Shown one piece after another: positions 8,310-16,118 of a DNA stretch of 64,000 nt. A program made the position numbers and the translations under genes. Below the pieces are notes generated by a model, which was not told where the DNA came from, searched no databases, and saw only the letters and a program-made list of their open reading frames with translations. Each line of letters starts with the position of its first letter. The stretch's first letter is position 1. This stretch comes from Clostridiales bacterium. GTDB taxonomy: Bacteria > Bacillota > Desulfotomaculia > Desulfotomaculales > VENG01. Location: NCBI GenBank assembly GCA_016278505.1, contig JADQBQ010000005.1:36771-100770 (forward strand), in the 5' to 3' direction.

Positions 8310-10798
8310 CTGCCTCCTTGTCAGGAGTTTTGTTGCGTAGGTTGGAGATTAACGGCCAGCCGGCAGATACCAGACAAAGTAAAATCAATATGATAGAAAG
8401 TGGGCGTGTGAAGAATACTTCAAACATGCTGCCTGCTGATTTACCCATTAACATGGACTGTACCAGTCCATTTTCCGCTATGGGGCCTAGAATTAGGCCT
8501 AATACTATGGGCCCGGGGTGAAAACCGGCTTTTTTAGTTACATAACCAACTAAGCCGAATAGGATCATGATTATTACGTCTACAATGTTGTTTCTGATGG
8601 CATAGGAGCCGATTACTGTCATAAATACAACCATGGGGGCTAAGTAGCTGACGGGCAGGTTAATTAGTTTGGCTACATGGCGTGCCCCGTAGAAAGCCAT
8701 CACTCCCATGACTATATTGGCTACAATGAGTGAAAACAGGAAGGTGTAGGTTATGTCTCCATAGTTTATATATAGTTCCGGACCGGGTCTCATACCCTGG
8801 AGCATCAATGCACCCAGTAAAATGGCTGCCGGGGCCGCTCCCGGTATGCCCAGTGTCATTAACGGTACTAGTGAGCCGCCCACTTCTGCGTTGTTGGCTG
8901 CTTCTGAGGCTGCTACTCCGTCAATGTTGCCTTTGCCAAATTCTTTGGGCTTTTTGGACCAGCGGACTGCTTCGTTGTAAGATACCAGACCGGCAATGTT
9001 ACCGCCGGCACCGGGAACTATGCCTACAAAGGCTCCGATTACAGCTGATCTTAAAAGTAATATTGGTTTTTTAATTAAATCTGAGATTATTCCTTTAGCT
9101 ACACCTTTTTGTGGTTTGTAGTTGATGCTGTCATGTTGGCTAAATTTCTTTTCTATCATGCTTAAGACTTCGGGAATACAGAAAAATCCTATTAATACTA
9201 CAATCAATGATAAGCCGGCCTGCAGTTGGTAAAGACCAAAGGTGAAGCGCATTTCTCCGCCCAGGGGGGCTATACCGATTTGACTTAGTAAAAGACCTAT
9301 CCCACCACCTATCAAGCCTTTTAACATTGAACCGGAGGCTAAGGTGGCAATAATGGTCAGCCCGAAGATGGATAGCCAGAAGTATTCCGGCGGGCCGAAT
9401 TTTAATGCAATTGATGCTAGGGGCGGGGATAGCAGCAGGAGTACAACTGCTCCGATTACACCTCCCACAGCGGAGCTGAAGGCCGCGGTGACCAGGGCAT
9501 GCTCTGCTTTTCCTTTTTTTGTTAAAGGAAAGCCGTCAAAGGTGGTGGCAATGGCTGATGGTGTCCCCGGTGTGTTGACCAGGATGGCTGCGATACAGCC
9601 GCCATAAATAGCACCTACGTATATGCCGCCCAGGCCCATTAATGCCGGTACTGCGTCCATGGTGAAGGTAAAGGGTACTAAAAGGGCCATGGCCATGGTG
9701 GCGGTTAACCCGGGTAAGGCACCTACTATTATTCCAAAGCCTACGCCTATTGCCATGATTAAAAAGTTGGTTGGTTGAGCTATATTGCTTAGTGCTGCTA
9801 TAAAGTCGGCTGGCATGGCAAGTCTCCTCTCCATGATACATGGTGGTTCCCGGGAGACTTAGCCCGGGAACCTTTAATGTTATTTTTTATTTTGACTCTG
9901 CTTGTACTTTTTCTAATATTGCACTGTACTTGTCTTTCATTTCATTTATATATTGCTTCGATTCTTCTGCACCCATGGCCAGTGGCAGGAAGCCTTCTTC
10001 TTTCATTTGGGCGCGTATTTCTTCATCTTTGGCAATTTCTAAAAATGCTTTTTCTAGTTTTTCTATGATTCTCTTGTCTGTTTCCGGCGGTACTGCAACA
10101 CCGCGGTCAATACTGGCTGTCATGTCTATATCTTGTTCCATAAAGGTTTTTACATCCGGCAGGGGCTCAAATCTTTCTTTGGAACCAATGGCCAGTATCT
10201 TCATTTTGTCCTGGTGCTGTACCAGGTCGTTGGAGTTGGCCAACAGTGCATCTACGTGACCGCCTAAGTAGCTTTGCACTGATGGTGCTGCTCCCTGGGA
10301 CGGTACGTATTGGAATTCAGCACCGGTTTTGTCTTGCAGCTGCATTAAGGTGATGTGGTGTCCGGAATAGGTGCCGGAACCACCTACTGTGATTTGACCG
10401 GGCTTGGCCTTGCCTGCTTCAATGAATTCATCCAGTGTGTTATAGGGTGAGTCCGGCTGTACTGCCAGGCCGATGGGTGTTCCCTGAAATAGTGCCACCG
10501 GGTTTACCTGGTCTGTTTCGTAGCCGGCATTTTCTCTGGCCAGCGGCTGCAGTATAATGTGCGGTATATTCATCCCGGTCAGGTAATAGCCGTCGGGATC
10601 TTTCCTTACCAGCTCTGACCAGCCTACTGCTCCGCCACCACCGGGTTTGTTTTCGATTACTACATTGACTCCCAGCTTTTCTTCCAGTGGTTTTTGCTGC
10701 CTGCGGGCTTCTAGGTCTGACTGACCGCCTGGATTAAACGGCACTACATATTTTATTGTCTTGGTGGGGTAGTTAAATTCGTCTTTTCCTTCTTCCCC
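7882..10798. repeat. ~2.9 kb apparently base-identical segment, copy 1 (partner 15691..18607)
   Basis: Constant offset of 7809 bp. All sense and antisense ORFs in the track are identical between copies in several frames. Mismatches appear at 7863-7881 and from 10799 onward. Confidence 0.85.
8296..9834 (-). CDS. tctA: tripartite tricarboxylate transporter large permease (TctA), copy 1
   Basis: 512 aa polytopic protein with typical TctA motifs (GALPGLTATMAMALLVP, GIVPGAGG). Identical to 16105..17643. Confidence 0.9.
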   Translation of the reverse strand: MERRLAMPADFIAALSNIAQPTNFLIMAIGVGFGIIVGALPGLTATMAMALLVPFTFTMDAVPALMGLGGIYVGAIYGGCIAAILVNTPGTPSAIATTFDGFPLTKKGKAEHALVTAAFSSAVGGVIGAVVLLLLSPPLASIALKFGPPEYFWLSIFGLTIIATLASGSMLKGLIGGGIGLLLSQIGIAPLGGEMRFTFGLYQLQAGLSLIVVLIGFFCIPEVLSMIEKKFSQHDSINYKPQKGVAKGIISDLIKKPILLLRSAVIGAFVGIVPGAGGNIAGLVSYNEAVRWSKKPKEFGKGNIDGVAASEAANNAEVGGSLVPLMTLGIPGAAPAAILLGALMLQGMRPGPELYINYGDITYTFLFSLIVANIVMGVMAFYGARHVAKLINLPVSYLAPMVVFMTVIGSYAIRNNIVDVIIMILFGLVGYVTKKAGFHPGPIVLGLILGPIAENGLVQSMLMGKSAGSMFEVFFTRPLSIILILLCLVSAGWPLISNLRNKTPDKEADANA

Positions 10799-10876
10799 GT
10801 TCTGTGCGCATCCCGCAAAGACTCCGACTATTAACAGCAGTGATAGGATTGAGGCAAATACCTTAATTTTTTTCAT
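9887..10876 (-). CDS. tctC: tripartite tricarboxylate transporter substrate-binding lipoprotein (TctC/Bug family), copy 1
   Basis: 329 aa with lipobox FAGC and Bug-family character (VVPFNPGGQSD, NKPGGGG). The mature part is identical to copy 2. Confidence 0.9.
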   Translation of the reverse strand: MKKIKVFASILSLLLIVGVFAGCAQNGEEGKDEFNYPTKTIKYVVPFNPGGQSDLEARRQQKPLEEKLGVNVVIENKPGGGGAVGWSELVRKDPDGYYLTGMNIPHIILQPLARENAGYETDQVNPVALFQGTPIGLAVQPDSPYNTLDEFIEAGKAKPGQITVGGSGTYSGHHITLMQLQDKTGAEFQYVPSQGAAPSVQSYLGGHVDALLANSNDLVQHQDKMKILAIGSKERFEPLPDVKTFMEQDIDMTASIDRGVAVPPETDKRIIEKLEKAFLEIAKDEEIRAQMKEEGFLPLAMGAEESKQYINEMKDKYSAILEKVQAESK

Positions 10877-11056
10877 TCTCCTTGACCCTCCTGTAATTTA
10901 ATGCTAAAATTAAGTGTTGGTAAGACTTACTAAAATCGTACAAATAAAAAGTGATTATATATTGTTTTTTAATATAAGAATTTAAATATTTTACCAAAAT
11001 GGTTTATAGGTAACGGGAGAAGTTTCACCCTTCCCCCGTTACCTGTTTTTTTTCAA

Positions 11057-12217
11057 TTAAGCAGAACGATAAAGCTTTGTTAGTACATACTCAACGTGTC
11101 CTAATACTTCAGCCCTGGTCATACGCCCGTTAACCGTGCGCATCATCATTTCCATCAGGGCATCCCCGGCCTGTTCCAAATTCATTTCCATGCGCAACAT
11201 GCCGCTGAGATTAACATCTATATGTTCACCCATAGTTTCTGCTGTTAACGGATTAGCCGTTAACTTAATCACCGGAACCACAGGGTTACCTACAATATTG
11301 CCCTGACCGGTGGGGAAAAAGTGCAACACCGAACCGGCGGCACCCCACAATGTAACAGCCTCGGCGGCAGCAGAAGAGGTATCCATGTACCATAAGCCTT
11401 TTCCGGTGGGAGCTTCAGCAGGTTTCAGGACACCCACATACTTACATTTGCCGATTTTCTGGATATTACCCATAGCTTTTTCTTCAATGGTAGTTAGGCC
11501 ACCGGTAATATTCCCCTTTGTAGGCTGAGAACCGGAAAGGTCCACTCCCTGATCCAAAATAAATTGGTTATATTCACTCCAGGTTTTATAGAATTGTTCA
11601 CCGACTTCCGGAGTTGCACCCCGGCTCTTTACAATATCTTCCCCGCCGGTAATTTCTGAAGTTTCACCGAACATAACAGTGGCGTTCATTTCCACCAAGC
11701 GTTCCACCGCCTTACCGACGGTAGGATTGGAAGCCAGTCCGGAAGTGGTATCAGACTCTCCACACTTGACAGATACCACCAGTTCGTCCACGCTGCACTC
11801 TTCGCGCATCAGTTCAGTGGCCCATTGTACATATTCCATTGCTTTACGTGAAGCAGCTTCCACGGTTTTAAATTCCCCGCTCCGTTCAATGGCAAATCCG
11901 ATAACCGGCTTTCCGGTCTTGGCAATACCTTCAACAATGACATTTGTCCATTCAGGCTCAATGCCTATTACCACAACAGCTGCAATGTTTGGGTTACTAC
12001 CGGTTCCAATCAAGGTCCGGAAATATAAGTCCAGGTCCTCACCAAACTGCAGTCTTCCATAACCATGAGGAATAACCATGGTTCCCTTAACATTGTTGGC
12101 AACCTTTTCACTGGCTGAGTTTGACAAATCATCCAAAGGCAATATCAAAACGTTATTTCTAATCCCTACTCGTCCGTTTTCCCGCCTGTAACCCCAAAAC
12201 TTAGGAACATTCATCAT
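11057..12217 (-). CDS. UxaA-family lyase/dehydratase large subunit (SuyB-like)
   Basis: 386 aa. The N-terminus [19 protein letters not shown] and GESDTTSGL are typical of the UxaA C-terminal domain. It abuts the SAF-domain ORF. Confidence 0.8.
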   Translation of the reverse strand: MMNVPKFWGYRRENGRVGIRNNVLILPLDDLSNSASEKVANNVKGTMVIPHGYGRLQFGEDLDLYFRTLIGTGSNPNIAAVVVIGIEPEWTNVIVEGIAKTGKPVIGFAIERSGEFKTVEAASRKAMEYVQWATELMREECSVDELVVSVKCGESDTTSGLASNPTVGKAVERLVEMNATVMFGETSEITGGEDIVKSRGATPEVGEQFYKTWSEYNQFILDQGVDLSGSQPTKGNITGGLTTIEEKAMGNIQKIGKCKYVGVLKPAEAPTGKGLWYMDTSSAAAEAVTLWGAAGSVLHFFPTGQGNIVGNPVVPVIKLTANPLTAETMGEHIDVNLSGMLRMEMNLEQAGDALMEMMMRTVNGRMTRAEVLGHVEYVLTKLYRSA

Positions 12218-12496
12218 TTACCACCTCGCAGTTTTCAAATTATGAGTGTGTACATGTTCACCTACGGCAATATCGTGAGTCGTAACACCAATGGGGAAAC
12301 CGTATTTTATAATCTGGTTACCCTTGGTTACATCCACCAGAGCAATTTTATGACCCAATAGAATATCGCTATTGGAAACTACTTCAATTTCGTTTCCTTC
12401 TTCCATAAAATACCCTTTCACCGTTTCTCCGGCCTTAATATCGGTAACGGCTACCCCAACAGAATCATTTTTGTCGTGGACAAGAAACTTAACCAT
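12218..12496 (-). CDS. SAF-domain small subunit of split UxaA-family enzyme (SuyA-like)
   Basis: 92 aa. [14 protein letters not shown]...GHKIAL... matches the SAF/UxaA N-terminal pattern. Its stop abuts the large-subunit start. Confidence 0.7.
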   Translation of the reverse strand: MVKFLVHDKNDSVGVAVTDIKAGETVKGYFMEEGNEIEVVSNSDILLGHKIALVDVTKGNQIIKYGFPIGVTTHDIAVGEHVHTHNLKTARW

Positions 12497-12601
12497 TATA
12501 ATCCTCCTCTCTAAAATATAAGTAGTTTATGTTTTATAATTTACCCTCACGGGGCAAAATGAAATAACCAGTTAGTTAACAAAATCTTTTACAACTTTTT
12601 T

Positions 12602-13654
12602 CTATAACGGGGCTACGCTGAATTGGAGGGCCAGTTCATTCAGCTCATCCAATACCGGCTGGGAAACAGGAATTCCATCCCGTTTGCGCTCAAGAAACTT
12701 ATTGGTGCGGCGCTCCCCGGGAATGAAGATTTCTTCTACTCCTGTGGCCTTGGGTGAACCCTTAACTTCATTGACCATATGATCCAGGCGACTAATAAAC
12801 ATGTCCAGAGGCATCAATTTATTTATATCCAAGGTTATAAAAAAATGACCGATATCCACTGGCTCGGTACTGTCATCGTAAATCCAACCCACCCTGGGTC
12901 CATAAGCCGACCCGCTCAAGATACCGGACATAATTTCTACAGCGAGCGCCAAGGCATAACCTTTCGGGCCGGCCATGGGGAGAACAGCCCCTTCCAGGGC
13001 TGCCTGGGCATCTGTAGTGGCCCTGCCTTCAGCATCTATGGCCCAGCCCTCCGGGATAGACCTTCCTTCCTTGGCGGCCGTAATAATGTTGCCCCGGGCC
13101 ACCGTGCTAGAGGACATATCAATTACTACCGGCTGATTTCTACCAGGAAAAGCGAAGGCAATAGGATTTGTACCAAAATAGGCCTTTTTTCCACCCCATG
13201 GGGTGATACCCGCAGGAGTATTGGTAAATGCCATACCCAACATACCGCTGGAAGCAGCCATTTTGCAATAATATGAAGATGCGCCGTAATGGTTGCTGTG
13301 TTTAGCAGCTACCGCTCCCATACCTGTTTCCCCGGCCAGCTCAATTGCCACCTGCATAGAGCGCACACCCACCAGCTGTCCCAACCCGTTATCGCCATCT
13401 ACTGTGGCCAGGCCGGGAGCGGTACGCTCAACCTTCATGTCCGCCTGAGAGTTAATACGACCATTTTGTATCCTGGACAAGTATATTGGTAGACGACTAA
13501 TACCGTGGGTGTCCAGACCTTCCAGACTGGTGTCAACCAGCACATCAGCCACTACAGCAGCATCTTCTTCCGGTACACCGGCACCCTGAATAAGATTCTT
13601 ACAAAATTTAACAAGCTTATCAGCTGAATATTGGGGCATTAAGGTCTCCTCCAA
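12602..13654 (-). CDS. Ldh_2-family (malate/L-lactate/sulfolactate-type) NAD(P)H dehydrogenase
   Basis: 350 aa with Ldh_2 character (GLDTHGISRLPIY, HSNHYGASSYY, GTNPIAFAFP). Confidence 0.85.
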   Translation of the reverse strand: MEETLMPQYSADKLVKFCKNLIQGAGVPEEDAAVVADVLVDTSLEGLDTHGISRLPIYLSRIQNGRINSQADMKVERTAPGLATVDGDNGLGQLVGVRSMQVAIELAGETGMGAVAAKHSNHYGASSYYCKMAASSGMLGMAFTNTPAGITPWGGKKAYFGTNPIAFAFPGRNQPVVIDMSSSTVARGNIITAAKEGRSIPEGWAIDAEGRATTDAQAALEGAVLPMAGPKGYALALAVEIMSGILSGSAYGPRVGWIYDDSTEPVDIGHFFITLDINKLMPLDMFISRLDHMVNEVKGSPKATGVEEIFIPGERRTNKFLERKRDGIPVSQPVLDELNELALQFSVAPL

Positions 13655-13675
13655 ATTTTAATAATCTATTTTTCT

Positions 13676-14617
13676 TTAGCTCACGCAACAATGTGAAGCT
13701 TGTCCAGCCAGCACTTTGGAAACCTCTCGCGCCACCAGTACCGAGGTGCGAACCTGTGCTTCTTCGGTCAGGCCGGCAATATGCGGGCTGAGAATTATAT
13801 TATCCAATTCTTTAAGGGGTGATTCCCCAGGGGGCTCCTGGGCTAATACATCCAGAGCCGCACCGGCAATTTGCTTGGATTTTAGCGCGTTAAACAGAGC
13901 ATCTTCATTTATAATGCCACCGCGCGAAGTATTTATGATACAGGCAGTTGATTTCATAATAGACAGGCTGTCTTTATTTATAATATTCCGCGTTTTTTTA
14001 TTCAGTGGTACATGCAAACTTATAAAGTCGGAATCGGAAAGTACCTGCTCCAAATCGGTAAGGCACACACCAAATTCCGTGCAGGCCACCTCGTAAGGAG
14101 GCAAAAATGGATCAAAACCTATTACATTCATACCAAACGCCCTTGTCCGGGCCGCCAGACGGCTACCTATTTCTCCAACCCCCACTAGACCCAGCGTTTT
14201 ACCATATAACTCGGTCAATGTGAATGTTCGGCGGTTCCAATTACCTGATTTTACATCACTGGTTGCCCAGGCCAGCTGCCTCGAAAAAGTAAACATTGCC
14301 GCAAAAACATATTCAACCACCGAAATTGCATTGGCGTTGCGGGCCACCACCACGTCAACATTTGAATCCTTACAGACACTTAGATCGATATTATCCAGAC
14401 CCACACCAAGACGTCCCAACACTTTTAATTTTGGTGCCGCCATGAGGAACTCTTTGTCAACCTTGGTCTGGTTCCTTACTATGACTGCGTCACTATCCGC
14501 TATTTCCAGCAGTAATTTATCACTCTGCCAGAGGTTCGGGTCATAAACAACTTGGCCCAATTCCCTTAGAATTTCCAATCCTTCTTCCCATATTAATTCC
14601 GTTACAACAATTTTCAT
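13676..14617 (-). CDS. D-isomer-specific 2-hydroxyacid dehydrogenase (PGDH-like)
   Basis: 313 aa with the GLVGVGEIGS Rossmann motif and the catalytic region SLHVPL...NTSRGG...SPHIAG. Confidence 0.85.
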   Translation of the reverse strand: MKIVVTELIWEEGLEILRELGQVVYDPNLWQSDKLLLEIADSDAVIVRNQTKVDKEFLMAAPKLKVLGRLGVGLDNIDLSVCKDSNVDVVVARNANAISVVEYVFAAMFTFSRQLAWATSDVKSGNWNRRTFTLTELYGKTLGLVGVGEIGSRLAARTRAFGMNVIGFDPFLPPYEVACTEFGVCLTDLEQVLSDSDFISLHVPLNKKTRNIINKDSLSIMKSTACIINTSRGGIINEDALFNALKSKQIAGAALDVLAQEPPGESPLKELDNIILSPHIAGLTEEAQVRTSVLVAREVSKVLAGQASHCCVS

Positions 14618-14686
14618 ACTATCGCTCCTATAATTATGTAAATTTAAACCAGTTGTAGTTATATTAGGTCACTTTTCATAGGTATG

Positions 14687-14697
14687 TGGTAGTACCA
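14687..14697. promoter_or_regulatory. candidate GntR/FadR-type operator TGGTA-G-TACCA
   Basis: Perfect 5-1-5 palindrome in the divergent region between the catabolic operon and the GntR gene. It fits the generic t.GT.n.AC.a GntR operator shape. Confidence 0.35.
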
Positions 14698-14815
14698 TTG
14701 GTTACGGTTATTGTATGTATTAAACATGATTATGTCAACAGTTTTTATAAATTTATTTCGCGAGTGAAAAATATTATACAATAACTATTGTTTTATTAAG
14801 ACACTACTGGTATAT

Positions 14816-14826
14816 TGGTATTACCT
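14816..14826. promoter_or_regulatory. second candidate GntR-type operator tGGTA-T-TACCt
   Basis: GGTAtTACC palindrome about 50 nt upstream of the GntR start. Confidence 0.35.
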
Positions 14827-14873
14827 CATACGAGTAACCACAAAAACTCCCACTTATCGAAGTGGGATAAAAT

Positions 14874-15599
14874 ATGGAGAGGAAGAATAAGATGTTTGAG
14901 AAAATTGGACGCAATGCCAGTCTAAAAAATCAAGTGGCAGAATACATAAAGAACCTCATCAAGAACGGCAAGCTTAAACCTGGTGACCGCTTGCCAACCG
15001 AAAGAGAAATGGCTGAAAAATTCGGAGTTAGCCGCACCGTGATCAGGGATGCGGTTAAAACTTTATCCGGTGTGGGCATCTTAAAGGTAAAGCACGGCCT
15101 TGGTATTTTTGTGGCTAAAGTAGATGTGGATATTATTGCGCGCCAGTTATCCAGTTTATTATTTAACGAAAGTGATACCGTGGATAACTTATTTGAGGTG
15201 CGAATGGAATTGGAGACTGTCGCAGCAGGCTGGGCTGCCGAACGCTGTACTGAAGAAGCCCGGGCTAAAATTTCGCAATTTACAAAGGAAAGTCAAGCTT
15301 TATTAAATTCGAACGGTGAAAGTGATAGTTTCCAGCAATATGATCAGGAGTTCCACTTATTGGTTTCGGAAATGACCGGCAACCCGGTTGTAGTTCGTTT
15401 AATGCGCAGCATGCTTGATCTTTTGGAGGAAGCCCGCTCCCACACATTACATATTCCCGGGAGGTTTGATTTATCGGTGCAGGAACATATAAAGGTTTTA
15501 GAGGCAATATATAAGGGTAACACTGATCAGGCTAAAAGCGCTATGCATGATCACTTGTTAAGTGTACTAAATTCTATTAAGGAAAGCAGAGATCACTAG
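14874..15599 (+). CDS. GntR-family transcriptional regulator, FadR subfamily (FCD domain)
   Basis: N-terminal wHTH (LPTEREMAEKFGVSRTVIRDAVKTL) followed by a helical FCD-like C-terminal domain. Confidence 0.85.
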   Translation: MERKNKMFEKIGRNASLKNQVAEYIKNLIKNGKLKPGDRLPTEREMAEKFGVSRTVIRDAVKTLSGVGILKVKHGLGIFVAKVDVDIIARQLSSLLFNESDTVDNLFEVRMELETVAAGWAAERCTEEARAKISQFTKESQALLNSNGESDSFQQYDQEFHLLVSEMTGNPVVVRLMRSMLDLLEEARSHTLHIPGRFDLSVQEHIKVLEAIYKGNTDQAKSAMHDHLLSVLNSIKESRDH

Positions 15600-15612
15600 G
15601 AGATATGATCTC

Positions 15613-15656
15613 AAAAAAAGGGATTTTACCCATAGAGGATAAAATCCCTTTTTTTT
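15613..15656. terminator. bidirectional intrinsic terminator
   Basis: gggatttta/taaaatccc stem flanked by an A-run and a T-run, between the convergent GntR gene and tctB copy 2. Confidence 0.75.
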
Positions 15657-15671
15657 GTGTGTTTTAATTAA

Positions 15672-16118
15672 TTAGCCGCCAAAAACAATGCCAACGGGAA
15701 GCGGTACTAAAAATGCATAGTTGAAGACACCGTAGAAAACTGCGGTTATCAGTGAAGCAATGACCACCGACTTTACAGGAGATACTTTTTTTGTGTTATC
15801 TAAAAGTTTAAAGAATACAGCCAGGAATAACAGGCTGGCCAAAGCAAAGCCGATGAGGATAATGGCACCAACGTAGGCTATTACACCTATTATCATCGGT
15901 ATTAGCCTTTTTGCTTCTACGCCAGCGAAGGCCGGTTCAATGTTTTTCTTGATTAAGCTTTGAATTAACTGGATACCGCTAAAAAGTGCGAGAACAATTA
16001 TGATTATTCTGGGGAAAAAGCCACCCATTTCACTGAGCCCGGACCCTTCACTCCAAAATATCCCACTGATGATCAAGATAATTGCTGCTGATATAATGTC
16101 TTTATTAAGCATTAGCAT
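15672..16118 (-). CDS. tctB: TctB, copy 2
   Basis: Protein identical to copy 1. Confidence 0.8.
   Translation of the reverse strand: MLMLNKDIISAAIILIISGIFWSEGSGLSEMGGFFPRIIIIVLALFSGIQLIQSLIKKNIEPAFAGVEAKRLIPMIIGVIAYVGAIILIGFALASLLFLAVFFKLLDNTKKVSPVKSVVIASLITAVFYGVFNYAFLVPLPVGIVFGG

Noticed and set aside
8318-10259. Numerous plus-strand ORFs (8318..8521, 8730..9074, 9344..9607, 9840..10259, 9877..10068) and the minus-strand alternative-frame ORF 9536..9841, with their duplicates at 16127..18068.
   Set aside because: They lie wholly inside the minus-strand tctA/tctC genes, antisense to them or (9536..9841) in another frame of the same strand. They have low-complexity or odd composition and no SD. 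They are shadow ORFs, useful only as evidence that the two copies are identical at nucleotide level.
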